Shown here: piece after piece, positions 7,561-17,175 of the stretch
Numbering within the stretch: the first letter of the stretch is position 1
How the letters are laid out: every line of letters begins with the position of its first letter
Source of the DNA: Candidatus Blackburnbacteria bacterium RIFCSPLOWO2_01_FULL_40_20
GTDB lineage: Bacteria > Patescibacteriota > Microgenomatia > UBA8517 > UBA10165
NCBI GenBank assembly: GCA_001816475.1
Contig: MHCC01000001.1
Span: 12,622 to 76,621, forward strand
Direction: 5' to 3'
Length of the DNA: 64,000 nucleotides
Program-made: the position numbers and the translations under genes
Notes under the pieces: model-generated
The model's database searches: none
Seen by the model: only the letters and a program-made list of their open reading frames with translations
What the model was told of the DNA's origin: nothing

Positions 7561-7953
7561 ATGGCCGAAAGAATAAAAGTTTTAACAGTAGAAAACGATA
7601 AAAGAATCGCAGAGGTAATAAAAGACATTTTAGCTTTTGAAGAAATCGAAACAGATCGTGTGACTTGGGTTAAAACAGCAGACGAAGCAATTGAGGCTTT
7701 AAAAAGCCCAGAAAAACCTTCAATAATCATATTAAATTTGGTTCTTGATAGTGGAATTGAAGAAAGTTGGCAATTTATAAGATATGTAAGGTCACCAACC
7801 TCCCCATTTCGCGATGTTCCAATACTGGTTATAACCGGCATGGACGCATCGGACGTAAAAATGACTTGCAAAACTTTGGGGGTAGAAGGATTTTTAGCCA
7901 AACCATTCGCCATTGAAGATCTCTTACAGAGTGTAAAAGAAGTATTAAAATGA
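7561..7953 (+). CDS. Single-domain response-regulator receiver, atypical (phosphoacceptor Asp replaced by Asn)
   Basis: KVLTVEND, IIILNLVL, VPILVITG, FLAKPF. Confidence 0.85.
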   Translation: MAERIKVLTVENDKRIAEVIKDILAFEEIETDRVTWVKTADEAIEALKSPEKPSIIILNLVLDSGIEESWQFIRYVRSPTSPFRDVPILVITGMDASDVKMTCKTLGVEGFLAKPFAIEDLLQSVKEVLK

Positions 7954-9137
7954 TGACTGAAGAAGAAACAGGTATCAAGACAATCCCAAAGTCTTCCACA
8001 GACTCCGCTGAACGTGAGTCCAAAGATCATTTGCGCGTGTTTGTTGCAGAAGCCGGAACCTCAGAAGTTGCGAACAGTGCATCGTTTGAGGTATTACGAA
8101 AAACCTTAGTTGCAATAAACGCGTGCGGTAGAATCTCAAGAGCATATCAAGAAAATCCTGTAAAAGACCAGTTTAGTTTATTATCGAGGACCGACGATAT
8201 TGAGACGGACTCGAGAGTATTAAGAAATATTTGTCAGCTGGCAGTTCCTTCCGACAGTACCGCTTCTGAGCTTTTGTTACAACAACAAGAAGAACGGTTT
8301 AACGAGATTGCACATCAAGAAGAGTTAAGATATGGGAGACATTTCCCTACTGAAACTGCAGCACTAATAATTCCTGACGAAAAAACTTTAAAAGAGCTAA
8401 CTCAAACACTTGCTGATTTAAGGCACGACTTGAAAAACGCAATGTGCACTCTTCTGCCAAGAGTACAAATGGCAAGACGCGGGATAAACATAGACATTGC
8501 ACTTGAAAACATAAATTACTCATTTAATAAGGTTGGAGAGCTTACAGAAAGCGCTACAAGCTTGATCGAAAAATCTTACCCAAAAGAAAAATTGTCAACT
8601 TCAGACGTCGCAGCAGCCCTTAAAGAGTGTCTGAAAAAAAATAATCCTGCAGAAAAATCTTTAAGTATTAGCGTTATCGAGTCAGAAGAATCTCAAGATT
8701 CAATAGTGATCTGGTCGCAAAGTTGGATATCGCGTCTTGCAGCAAACATTGCCCAAAACACATTAAAGGCTTACGATGCCCGTGACGAGCTATCCCCTGA
8801 AAAAGCAAAAGGCCCAAGAATTCTTTTGGCCAGTATGCGAACAACCAAAAGTGAAAACGGGGCAAGATGTTTGAGAATTGAAGTTGATAACAGAGCCATA
8901 AAAATGCCAGATGAAATAATAAAAAATGGATTCCAAAGAGGTCTCTCGTTTTGGCCAGGAAGTTCTTTGTCGGGAGAAGGAAGGGGTATGGCCTCAGACA
9001 GTAAAACTCTTCAAGAGCAATATGGAGGAACAATTAAGGCTGAAAATATTGCTAACCAAGCGGGTGAAATAATAGGGGCAAGAATTATCATTGAAGTGCC
9101 GATCGTCAAAGATGCACCTGTGGCCTACCCATATTAA
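7950..9137 (+). CDS. Soluble histidine kinase-like protein with a divergent ATPase domain
   Basis: H box RHDLKN, N box NIAQNTLKA, G2 GEGRGM, GGTIKAEN; G1 DxGxG missing. Confidence 0.75.
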   Translation: MMTEEETGIKTIPKSSTDSAERESKDHLRVFVAEAGTSEVANSASFEVLRKTLVAINACGRISRAYQENPVKDQFSLLSRTDDIETDSRVLRNICQLAVPSDSTASELLLQQQEERFNEIAHQEELRYGRHFPTETAALIIPDEKTLKELTQTLADLRHDLKNAMCTLLPRVQMARRGINIDIALENINYSFNKVGELTESATSLIEKSYPKEKLSTSDVAAALKECLKKNNPAEKSLSISVIESEESQDSIVIWSQSWISRLAANIAQNTLKAYDARDELSPEKAKGPRILLASMRTTKSENGARCLRIEVDNRAIKMPDEIIKNGFQRGLSFWPGSSLSGEGRGMASDSKTLQEQYGGTIKAENIANQAGEIIGARIIIEVPIVKDAPVAYPY

Positions 9138-9191
9138 AATTAAGTCGAGAGAGGGGTCATGGAGGACGTGACCCCCCTCTCTTGTAGATTA

Positions 9192-9755
9192 TTAGTCGAC
9201 GACTTGTTGGGCGGGATAGATCGTGTAGGTATACCGGATCAATCCGGTTTTACCATAAATAACGGCAATGTCGATTTTGCCGGTAAGTGCCCCACCATCC
9301 TTCCCGTTGTGATTCCCAGGATCCCGTAGGCTTACGACCTGGCTGTTGAGCAGCTGAGCCAACTCGCCAACTGAAAGGTTGCTCCCATTCGGATTTTGGG
9401 TTACACCAGTCCACTGGTATCGCGGGCGAAGCGTAAGAACAACGTCATTGCCACCGTTTACAGGTGCAACCGGACCAATGACTACAACAAGGCTTGCCCT
9501 ATCTTCCCCGGTCCCCTTTCCAACAAACGAGAACGTTTGGCCCGACGGGTCGGTGTATGATACGTCGCCTGTTGAGACAACGATCGAGTTCCCGTCTTCT
9601 GTCCAAAGGCCGTAAGGACTCGGGTCGGAACTCGCGTCAGGTGAACCAACCGACGAATAGTGGAATGTCGGAAATCCGCCTCCTGCCGAGGTCGTTGACG
9701 AGAAACCGACAAAAAGAGCCAGCACCATTGCAACGATCGAAACCAGAATCTTCAC
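9192..9755 (-). CDS. Secreted hypothetical protein (GC-richer ORFan)
   Basis: Signal peptide, GGAG RBS, terminator hairpin at 9148-9181. Confidence 0.75.
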   Translation of the reverse strand: MKILVSIVAMVLALFVGFSSTTSAGGGFPTFHYSSVGSPDASSDPSPYGLWTEDGNSIVVSTGDVSYTDPSGQTFSFVGKGTGEDRASLVVVIGPVAPVNGGNDVVLTLRPRYQWTGVTQNPNGSNLSVGELAQLLNSQVVSLRDPGNHNGKDGGALTGKIDIAVIYGKTGLIRYTYTIYPAQQVVD

Positions 9756-9949
9756 CTGCCACTCCTTAATTTAATGTTCTGAAAGTACCAGAGCGTGTGT
9801 CCCGATGAATCGGGGCTTTACGTTCTAAGTCCTCCAACAGTACTTTCATCACTATTATACTATGAGGCAAGAACATTTGCAACAATTTTCTTGTAGTAAG
9901 TTTACTATCAACTTACTTTATACTTACTAACAAAGAGTACATTAAATGT

Positions 9950-10135
9950 ATGACTGAAAAATCAAGAAAAGGGGGTTATGCAAAAAGACCTCTTTGGCAA
10001 TATATACTGATGTATCTGGTCATCGGTGGAATAATCTATGTTTTGATTTACTACTTTTTAATTCGAGGAAATTATTCGCCTTCTCTACTTTCTGCCCCTG
10101 CACCAGTCCAAAACGCTCCAGGACCAAGATATTAG
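9950..10135 (+). CDS. Small single-TM protein
   Basis: GYAKRPLWQYILMYLVIGGIIY; 61 aa. Confidence 0.65.
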   Translation: MTEKSRKGGYAKRPLWQYILMYLVIGGIIYVLIYYFLIRGNYSPSLLSAPAPVQNAPGPRY

Positions 10136-11034
10136 ACTGCTTGAGTAGTAACTCCATTTTTATGAGGAACTTGATAGCAGTAACCACCTTTTTTCCCATA
10201 AATTCTCCCCAAGCCATATTTGGCTACTTTTTCTCTTAAAATTGGCAATTCATCGCGCACCGAGTTTGCCGCTCCATTTATCGTAATCTTTCCGTCGCCG
10301 ATTTCTTCCTTAAAAACAGCAAATGCCAAAGCAAGAACACTAATCACTCCACCGCCAATTGGCAAGTTTCCTAAAATTCTATTCTGAAAATCTGTTAAAG
10401 GATCTATTGGCATTTCCTTTTCCACTTTACGCGCCGTTTCAATAAGGAGTTGGGTTGGTTCGTTACCATTTTTATACAACACCACCGTCACATTGCTTTC
10501 TGGTCTTACCCAAGTCTCCCTTCTTTTTCGTTCTTCTTTGATTCTTAAAAGTTCGATCCCTCGCTCTAGACCCGGGTCTTTCCTTATCCTTTCAGCTTCT
10601 TCAAGATAAGCCTTCTCAAGTGAATCTAATGCAGTATCGCAATCGGGAGGAAGAATCCCCCGTTCAGCGTCCTCCCTCATTGCTTTAATTTTGCCACAAG
10701 ACTCCATGGTGTGGGCGTATTGTTCTGCGAGTCTTACAAGTCCTTCTGAAAATATACGATCCGTTTTTCTTATACCCGCCTTTACTAATACTTTGCTTGT
10801 ACATGAAGAACAAATTGTTTCTTCTGAGCGCTGGTTTGACTGAAGCGGCTTTAAAGGAAGAAGGCACTCAGGATCGTCATCACCCCAAAGACAGTATTTA
10901 ACTACTTGAATCTGCTCTGGAGAACGTCCATTCTCAGTCCCGTTCTTAAACTTGGACATAGACTGTTCTGAAGAACTATGAATCTCACAAGTTATTGTGG
11001 AAAACTGTCCAATCCTTTCGTGAGGTTGGTACAT
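10132..11034 (-). CDS. Hypothetical protein (possible C-terminal winged helix)
   Basis: 300-aa ORF; tail IYGKKGGYCY. Confidence 0.6.
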   Translation of the reverse strand: MYQPHERIGQFSTITCEIHSSSEQSMSKFKNGTENGRSPEQIQVVKYCLWGDDDPECLLPLKPLQSNQRSEETICSSCTSKVLVKAGIRKTDRIFSEGLVRLAEQYAHTMESCGKIKAMREDAERGILPPDCDTALDSLEKAYLEEAERIRKDPGLERGIELLRIKEERKRRETWVRPESNVTVVLYKNGNEPTQLLIETARKVEKEMPIDPLTDFQNRILGNLPIGGGVISVLALAFAVFKEEIGDGKITINGAANSVRDELPILREKVAKYGLGRIYGKKGGYCYQVPHKNGVTTQAV

Positions 11035-11077
11035 GCGCCATTAAAGCAGATTTGTGCCTGTTTGTCAATTTTTAGCC

Positions 11078-11428
11078 TCAATTTTTCTTGAAAAGTTTCC
11101 TTAAAATTACTTTGGCCAATGTCCAAAGGAGTGACTCACTCATAAGCGAAGCTTGGGGCTTCGTCTTAGACTTATGCTGACCCTCCCAAACTAACCTTGA
11201 CCAAACGGACAAAATGATCCACTCCTTTTTCTCATTTTGTTTTGCCACAACCTCAATTTTTTCACTTCCCAATGTTTTGTAATAAATCCAAGCTCCTTGA
11301 GCTGTAGCATATCGCGACTTGTCTGGACGGCGCCATGTTACCCATGCGTCTCCTTGTTTTATTCCCCGCTCGCGTAGTCTTTGTAAAGCATGATTTGTCC
11401 AAATAACACCTCCGTAATGTTGATCCAT
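11078..11428 (-). CDS. DUF4258-like protein
   Basis: WTNHALQRLRERGI motif. Confidence 0.7.
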   Translation of the reverse strand: MDQHYGGVIWTNHALQRLRERGIKQGDAWVTWRRPDKSRYATAQGAWIYYKTLGSEKIEVVAKQNEKKEWIILSVWSRLVWEGQHKSKTKPQASLMSESLLWTLAKVILRKLFKKN

Positions 11429-11436
11429 ATTTATAT

Positions 11437-11700
11437 CTACTTTGCTAAACCATCAAATATAAGTTTTTTAACAAGCGTTTGATAAGGCATGTCCGCCTTG
11501 TGAGCTGTAATTTTCAATCTCTCAATAAGACTTTCTGGCAACCGGATTGTAATGGGCCGGCTTGTTAATTTAAGATTCGGAAAGCGGGCCACCCTGGCCG
11601 TAGAGTAGTCTATAAATTCGGTTGAATCATGTGATTGCCAAAATTTTCTTTCCTGACTTTCCGTTTTGAAATGTGGAATTTTTTTAAGTTTTTTGTTCAT
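11437..11700 (-). CDS. BrnA/CopG-like antitoxin
   Basis: IPHFKTESQERKFWQSHD...ITIRLP...MPYQTLVK. Confidence 0.88.
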   Translation of the reverse strand: MNKKLKKIPHFKTESQERKFWQSHDSTEFIDYSTARVARFPNLKLTSRPITIRLPESLIERLKITAHKADMPYQTLVKKLIFDGLAK

Positions 11701-11980
11701 ATTGATTCCTTTCTTTTTTGTTCGCTTTTCTTGCAGAAATTATCCTTATTTTATCTTTTCTTATCGTAAATACTACAAACAATACTTTGTTTTGAGTAGT
11801 TAAGCCAACTGCAATATACCTTTCTTCGAGTTGTGAATGTCTAACATCGTCCACCAGTAATAAGTTTTCATCTAAAAATATTTCTTCTGTTTCCTTTGGT
11901 GTAATGCCATGCTTTTTATAGCTTTTATCAAGATTACCTTTGTCCCAAATAAAACCAACGATCTTTGAGAGATCTAGCAT
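11684..11980 (-). CDS. brnT: BrnT-family toxin
   Basis: FIWDKGN..KHGI...EERY...IRIISAR; TGTACA operator palindrome at 11981-12001. Confidence 0.9.
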   Translation of the reverse strand: MLDLSKIVGFIWDKGNLDKSYKKHGITPKETEEIFLDENLLLVDDVRHSQLEERYIAVGLTTQNKVLFVVFTIRKDKIRIISARKANKKERNQYEQKT

Positions 11981-12270
11981 TGTACATATGATACATGTAC
12001 AAATATTATTTGTCAAGATGGCTTTAGAGTTAAATCGTTGAACAAAAATTTCCCCCCTTGCAACTCCTATAGTTGTGTGGTATAAAGAAAAACCGCGTGC
12101 CCAGGCGGTGTCAAAAAATCATGAATAGTCAAGAACTATTAAATGTCATGTTACCCAAGAGATTGGGTTTTCGCCTCGTGGGCCAAAACTTAAGTTTTGC
12201 CGCGATCTTTGTGCACAAAGCACCTCTTCAGCTTTAGCGCACAAGCACCGCGACAAAACGCGGTGTAAGT

Positions 12271-12507
12271 TCCAAAGTTGATGCAATCACAGAACGCGAG
12301 ATTCAAACAAAGATGAAGTGGATTGCCAGCGGCAAGACAGTTGTCATTATCGCCCACCGACTCTCGACAATCAGGAGTGCTGACAACATTATTGTCATGG
12401 ACGAAGGGAGGAAAGTTGAGGAAGGAACTCACGCACAGTTGATGCAACAGCGGGGTTTGTACGCAAAAATGGTAGCGCTGCAAACTGCGGAAGTTGCAAT
12501 CAGCTAG
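12271..12507 (+). pseudogene. ABC-transporter ATPase C-terminal remnant
   Basis: SKVDAITE...KTVVIIAHRLSTIRSADNIIVMDEG..VEEGTH; no Walker A or TM domain upstream. Confidence 0.8.
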
Positions 12508-12569
12508 ATATCTGGCACCAGGCCGTCACGACGCTAAGTCGGACGTAAGTCCTGGTGCTTTTTCATTAG

Positions 12570-12833
12570 CTATTTGTATACGCCTTGCCTGTGGCCAATT
12601 TCCACAATTATTACTGCATGGCTAGTGTTTATGACTACATAAATGATGCTGTATGGCCAAGCCCGAAGTTTGTACTGACCCTCAAATTCTCCTCTTAATC
12701 TTTCACCCGCAAGAGGGTTCTTGGATAATTTTTCAACCGCTCTTGATATTTTTTCTTTGTCTGAAGGTTTGAGTTTTGAAAATGATTTCTCGGCTTGCTT
12801 GGTAAAAATAATCTTAGCCACTTTACATTCCAA
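12570..12833 (-). CDS. relE: RelE/ParE-family toxin
   Basis: FTKQAEK...NPLAGERL...YKLR...IGHRQGVY. Confidence 0.88.
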   Translation of the reverse strand: MECKVAKIIFTKQAEKSFSKLKPSDKEKISRAVEKLSKNPLAGERLRGEFEGQYKLRAWPYSIIYVVINTSHAVIIVEIGHRQGVYK

Positions 12834-13089
12834 ATTTTTTCTTTACATCTTTCCACTCGACCAGTCGACCTGCCTTGATGTCTTCCATTCCCTTTTTAAT
12901 ACCACGAACAAGTTTGGTGTCCGACATCACGTCTAATGTCGCCTCTAAAGAGGCTAACTCTTCTTGAGAAACAAGTACGGCTTTAGTCTCTCCTTTTTTA
13001 GTTATGCCAACCCTTTCCCCTGTTTGGGAAACCTCATCGAGTAAGTCGTAGAGCTTAGTTCTAGCTTGTGTTGCAGAAATCGTAGTCAT
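12823..13089 (-). CDS. Phd/YefM antitoxin
   Basis: MTTISATQARTKLYDLLDEV; operator CGTACGC-TTTA-GCGTACG at 13098-13115. Confidence 0.9.
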   Translation of the reverse strand: MTTISATQARTKLYDLLDEVSQTGERVGITKKGETKAVLVSQEELASLEATLDVMSDTKLVRGIKKGMEDIKAGRLVEWKDVKKKFGM

Positions 13090-13138
13090 AACGGTATCGT
13101 ACGCTTTAGCGTACGTTTTGTCAATGCCCAATAGATCA

Positions 13139-13933
13139 CTATTCAAACTCTAAAACCATAGGTAAATGATCTGAAACTTCAACAACCGGCACTTCAAAAC
13201 TAACAACATTTATGTCTTTTGAAACAAACGTATAATCTGCGAACGGTTGAAATTCTGGTGTGCCTTGATAAGGGTCTAGCGAACTTCTTGTAGTTTTGAT
13301 CTCATTCTTCTTAATAAGGTTTATGAAATCCTGTTCTATCATTTTTATACATTGTGTATAAGGCCTTAAATTAAAATCTCCACACAAAATTTTCGGCCCC
13401 GCGTGTTTCCTTGTAAACTCAAGAGTCTTTTCAGATTGTGCAATTCTATCGGAGTTGTCCAGTTTATCCCCAGGATGCCAAATGCCATGAATGTTGCAAA
13501 TCAAGAAATTTTTACCATCTTTGTTAAAACTAACATAGGAAACGTTTGAAGGATTGTCAGTAAAATCAGGTTTCATTGGAGCAAAACGGGATCGGAAGGT
13601 AAAGAAGTCTCCTTGGTTGTCGATTATTATACTTTTTTTAACAAAAATTCCGAGACCGTATTTTAAATCAAAACCGATATGTCCTGTTGGATCTACACCT
13701 CTGCAAGTTGGGTAATAAAAGCCGTGATAATCAATAAAAAGATTTGAAAGCTCCTGATAAAGATTTGCCCTTGCCCCACCGGTTTCAACTACATTATCTG
13801 CAGTGTCAAATATTTCCTGAAAACAAAAAATGTCAACATCCCCGTTGTATTTTTCCAAAAACTCCATCAAGGAACCGTACGCTCTCCCACCCCATAAATT
13901 TAAAGATAAAAGTTTCACAAAACATGTTATCAC
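13139..13933 (-). CDS. Endonuclease/exonuclease/phosphatase family protein
   Basis: SLN, CFQE, GDFN, DY, SDH motifs. Confidence 0.9.
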   Translation of the reverse strand: MITCFVKLLSLNLWGGRAYGSLMEFLEKYNGDVDIFCFQEIFDTADNVVETGGARANLYQELSNLFIDYHGFYYPTCRGVDPTGHIGFDLKYGLGIFVKKSIIIDNQGDFFTFRSRFAPMKPDFTDNPSNVSYVSFNKDGKNFLICNIHGIWHPGDKLDNSDRIAQSEKTLEFTRKHAGPKILCGDFNLRPYTQCIKMIEQDFINLIKKNEIKTTRSSLDPYQGTPEFQPFADYTFVSKDINVVSFEVPVVEVSDHLPMVLEFE

Positions 13934-13990
13934 ACTTTTTTCTTACCAATTTATATCAGTTTTATCATTTCAAAAATTTAATGTAAAAGT

Positions 13991-14644
13991 ATGAATAGAG
14001 TTTTGATATTAGTAATAATTGCGCTTTTAATTGGAGCATTCTTTGGAGGAGAAGTTGTAAAACCCGTAAAGGAAATCTTCGTCCTAAAAGAACAAACTTT
14101 TACAACCCAAGAAATTGATTTCAAAAATACATCACGCAAGCTTTGGGAGGATCACATTGTTTGGACTCGAGAATTCATAACAAGTGCTGCTAACAACTCC
14201 TCTGATCTAAACAACGTCGCCCAAAGGCTTTTGAAAAACCAGGAGGACATTGGAAATTCAATCAAGCCATATTATGGAGAAGAAGCCGGAAACAAATTAA
14301 CAGATCTCTTAAAAACCCACACCCAAACAGCAGGAGACTTGGTAAAAACAACAAAAGCGGGAAGTAAAACGGCTGCAGATCAAGCAGAAAAAAAGTGGTA
14401 TGGGAATGCTGATGACATTGCCTCCTTCTTTGCAAATGCAAATCCTGAATTTAGAAAAGGAGATTTAGTAAAGATGTTGAATGAACATCTTGCGCTAGCT
14501 AAACAAGAAGCTGTTGATATTTTAGGTAAAAAACCAGCAGAAAGCATTGGAACTCATGACGCGATCCAGGATCAAATCTTGAAAATGTCCGACTCCCTAT
14601 CGAACGTAACAATCAACAAATTCCCCGATAAGTTTGGAAAGTAA
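13991..14644 (+). CDS. Exported helical hypothetical protein
   Basis: Signal/TM segment; RKLWEDHIVWTR...RLLKNQEDIG..IKPYYG looks like a conserved block. Confidence 0.8.
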   Translation: MNRVLILVIIALLIGAFFGGEVVKPVKEIFVLKEQTFTTQEIDFKNTSRKLWEDHIVWTREFITSAANNSSDLNNVAQRLLKNQEDIGNSIKPYYGEEAGNKLTDLLKTHTQTAGDLVKTTKAGSKTAADQAEKKWYGNADDIASFFANANPEFRKGDLVKMLNEHLALAKQEAVDILGKKPAESIGTHDAIQDQILKMSDSLSNVTINKFPDKFGK

Positions 14645-14720
14645 AAATACGTTTGCCCAGGGACAAGGTTCGAAAAGCAAAATTACTTCTCTCACCCTGC
14701 CCCCAGGCGGTTGGATCCTA

Positions 14721-14921
14721 TTAGCCTTCCTTTATCACCGACGGCTTGTCGATGTTTTTGAAAAAGGCTACCAGGACAAACAAGCCAACCGGGCCAAAAA
14801 GTCCAGTCAACAGGAACCAGTTAAAACCGCTCCTTCCCTTGCCTTGTGCGATTCCTGCCGCGATCGTGGCAATAATGAACCAGCCTACGAACAGATCAGC
14901 GCCTAAGTAACCCACCTTCAC
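14721..14921 (-). CDS. Small membrane protein
   Basis: IAQGKGRSGFNWFLL..LFGP motif. Confidence 0.65.
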   Translation of the reverse strand: MKVGYLGADLFVGWFIIATIAAGIAQGKGRSGFNWFLLTGLFGPVGLFVLVAFFKNIDKPSVIKEG

Positions 14922-15456
14922 TCCTTTAGTTATCTAAATCTGCCAACTTCACTGTCAAAAGACAAGTTCCCAGACTGGGCAAATGATAGATCAAAGAGAC
15001 AGAAAAGTCAAACTACAGGACGTTATGTTATATTTATCATAAGGAACAACGCAACAATTTAAAGTCGATATCTTGTATGGAGGACAGGAGCTTGGCGTTA
15101 AACCAGAAAACGTCCTTGATTGGAACGAACAGCATCTGCAACGGGAAGGCGCAGAACAAGTTCCTGTAAAGGGTGTTTTGTTTACTGCTTCCCAAACAAC
15201 CGTTGACCAACAAAAAAACCAGACAAGATCATGTTCACATACGTTGACAAGTATGGACAAGCAAGAGAAAGCGAGGAGGCAATGAAAAAACTTTTAAGGT
15301 TTTATGAACTATTGGATTATTGTTATCAAGGGATGTTTGGTTCTGCTTTGGCTGAAACAAACCCCACCACTCACATCATGCCAATTCTTCAAGGAAGAAA
15401 ATAATTTAGAATAACGGAACAAATCAAGAAGTTGAACAAAGTTGGTGTTGCAGTTG

Positions 15457-15529
15457 TTGCGGAGCTAGGATTCGAACCTAGAGTCGCACGGATTCAAAGT
15501 CCGGCGTGTTGCCATTACACCACTCCGCA
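15457..15529 (-). tRNA. tRNA-Gln(TTG)
   Basis: TGCGGAG...CCGGA CT TTG AA TCCGT...CTAGG TTCGAAT CCTAG CTCCGCA A. Confidence 0.93.
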
Positions 15530-15533
15530 AAAA

Positions 15534-16253
15534 TCAAACATTGCCTGTGCGTTTGGGAAATTGGCAATATTTCATACATATTATACCCGATAAGGCTAGT
15601 ATTTTTCTAGTCAGGCTTGGTATTCCTCGCACAATTACCTGTAACTGCCCCACATAGTTGGAATTAGTCCTTCTTTTAGAGACAACATTCTTTTTCCAAG
15701 TTAAATCAATGTATCCCACAGGTACAGATAGTTTCATTGCCCAGAAATTCTTAATCCTGCCAAGATCTTCTTTTCTGCTTTCGTGAACAAACAACCTATA
15801 TTTGACCTCTTCTGTCCTACTAAGAAAAAAGTACTTTTCTAAAAAGTTCAAAAATAACTGAACCAAGCGATAGTCAGAGTTGGAAAACCTGCACTCATTC
15901 TTTTTTGTACCCTCTGCTTGGTAAAGCATAAGGCCTGCCACAAAAAATGGATCATTTATAAACGTCTTGTATCTCTGAATAAAACTTTCAAGTTCTTCAT
16001 CAAACTTCTTTGCTCTAGTAAATTTTGCCGCTTCGGTCGCAGCTCTAATTTTTTCTACTCTTTTCTTGAGTTGAATTTCTAAATGTTCTTTTGTAAGCGT
16101 TAAGCCTGCAAATGTCAACCAGTTTTGGAGTGTAGATTTGGCAACTGGAACAATTTTTCTAATTTCTCCGTAACTTAACCCTTCTTTTCTCAATCTAACA
16201 CATTCAACGAATTTCCCTTTGTTTTTCTTTCTTATCGAACTTTTATTAATCAT
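15534..16253 (-). CDS. tRNA-adjacent HTH plus LAGLIDADG-like protein
   Basis: LRKEGLSYGEI...VAKSTLQNWL (HTH); AGLMLYQAEG, FSNSD. Confidence 0.75.
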   Translation of the reverse strand: MINKSSIRKKNKGKFVECVRLRKEGLSYGEIRKIVPVAKSTLQNWLTFAGLTLTKEHLEIQLKKRVEKIRAATEAAKFTRAKKFDEELESFIQRYKTFINDPFFVAGLMLYQAEGTKKNECRFSNSDYRLVQLFLNFLEKYFFLSRTEEVKYRLFVHESRKEDLGRIKNFWAMKLSVPVGYIDLTWKKNVVSKRRTNSNYVGQLQVIVRGIPSLTRKILALSGIICMKYCQFPKRTGNV

Positions 16254-16372
16254 ACTTTATGTATGAACTATTGGTTCGAAAATGTCAAATACAAGATCTT
16301 GTTGAATATTTGGAATGCCTTGGTAGATTTTGGGCATAAATTAGGCTATAATTAGTTACCTATACACAATTA

Positions 16373-16444
16373 GGGCCCGTAGCTCAACGGCAGAGCATCT
16401 CCCTTTTAAGGAGTTGGTTGACAGTTCGAATCTGTCCGGGCTCA
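16373..16444 (+). tRNA. tRNA-Lys(TTT)
   Basis: GGGCCCG...TCTCC CT TTT AA GGAGT...GACAG TTCGAAT CTGTC CGGGCTC A. Confidence 0.93.
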
Positions 16445-16481
16445 CCCAATGATATTTGTGTTTTTAGAGACTTTTAGCTTC

Positions 16482-16676
16482 AAGAAATTGTGGAAAACTC
16501 TGGGATTGTCTTGATACCTGTTTCTTCTTCAGTCATCATTTTAATACTTCTTTTACACTCTGTAAGAGATCTTCAATGGCGAATATTATTTACTTCATGC
16601 TTTTATAAAGAAAAGTCAGAAAACACCTGCCAAAGAATTAAAGGTAGCCCTTGACAGAATGAGAAAATTAGTATAG
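16482..16676 (+). pseudogene. HigB/Gp49-like RelE toxin remnant disrupted by a copied segment
   Basis: GKLW before the insert and YLLHAFIKKSQKTPAKELKVALDRM after it, out of frame; lies upstream of an HTH antitoxin. Confidence 0.75.
16501..16584. repeat. Exact 84-bp inverted duplicate of 7905-7988
   Basis: TGGGATTGTCTTGATACC...CTTCAATGGCGAAT is the reverse complement of the regulator/kinase junction. Confidence 0.95.
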
Positions 16677-16688
16677 CATATATGCTAT

Positions 16689-16982
16689 ATGATTAAACCT
16701 AAAGACAGACAACATTTAGATTTTGAAGTGTGGGAAAAGGAAGCTTTAAAAGATCCTAAACTAAGAGCGGAGTATGACAAACTACAGCCACAGTTTGCTA
16801 TTCTAAGAGCAAGGATTGAAAAAAGATTAACCCAAAAAGAGTTGGCTCAAAGGATTGGGACCAAACAATCAGTTATCTCGAGACTTGAATCCGGCCGTGC
16901 TAATCCATCAGTTGCTTTTCTTAAGAAACTAGCTCAAGCCTTAAACTCTCATCTGGAAATTAGATTTACCAATTTTAAGTAA
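16689..16982 (+). CDS. HigA-like XRE HTH antitoxin
   Basis: LTQKELAQRIGTKQSVISRLESG; TATAGCATATATGCTATA palindrome upstream. Confidence 0.9.
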   Translation: MIKPKDRQHLDFEVWEKEALKDPKLRAEYDKLQPQFAILRARIEKRLTQKELAQRIGTKQSVISRLESGRANPSVAFLKKLAQALNSHLEIRFTNFK

Positions 16983-17175
16983 TCTTGCTGTACTTTATTG
17001 TGCATTTTTTAGACCAAATGTATAGGCAAACTCAGAGTTTAGACCGTCAGCCCCGATTAAATCGGGGTCAGACAGGAATAATTCAAAGAATTCCCGCAGC
17101 TCGCCTCGCTGAAGCTCCGACGAAGCGGGTCTGTTTAAGGTACTAGGGGCTCACAGAAGCACAAGGTGTGCCAAA

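Noticed and set aside
7497-8030. 177-aa minus-strand ORF
   Set aside because: Antisense to the recognisable receiver and kinase genes
14950-15420. Short ORF pieces downstream of tRNA-Gln
   Set aside because: Looks like a decayed gene, but no family could be recognised, so it is not annotated
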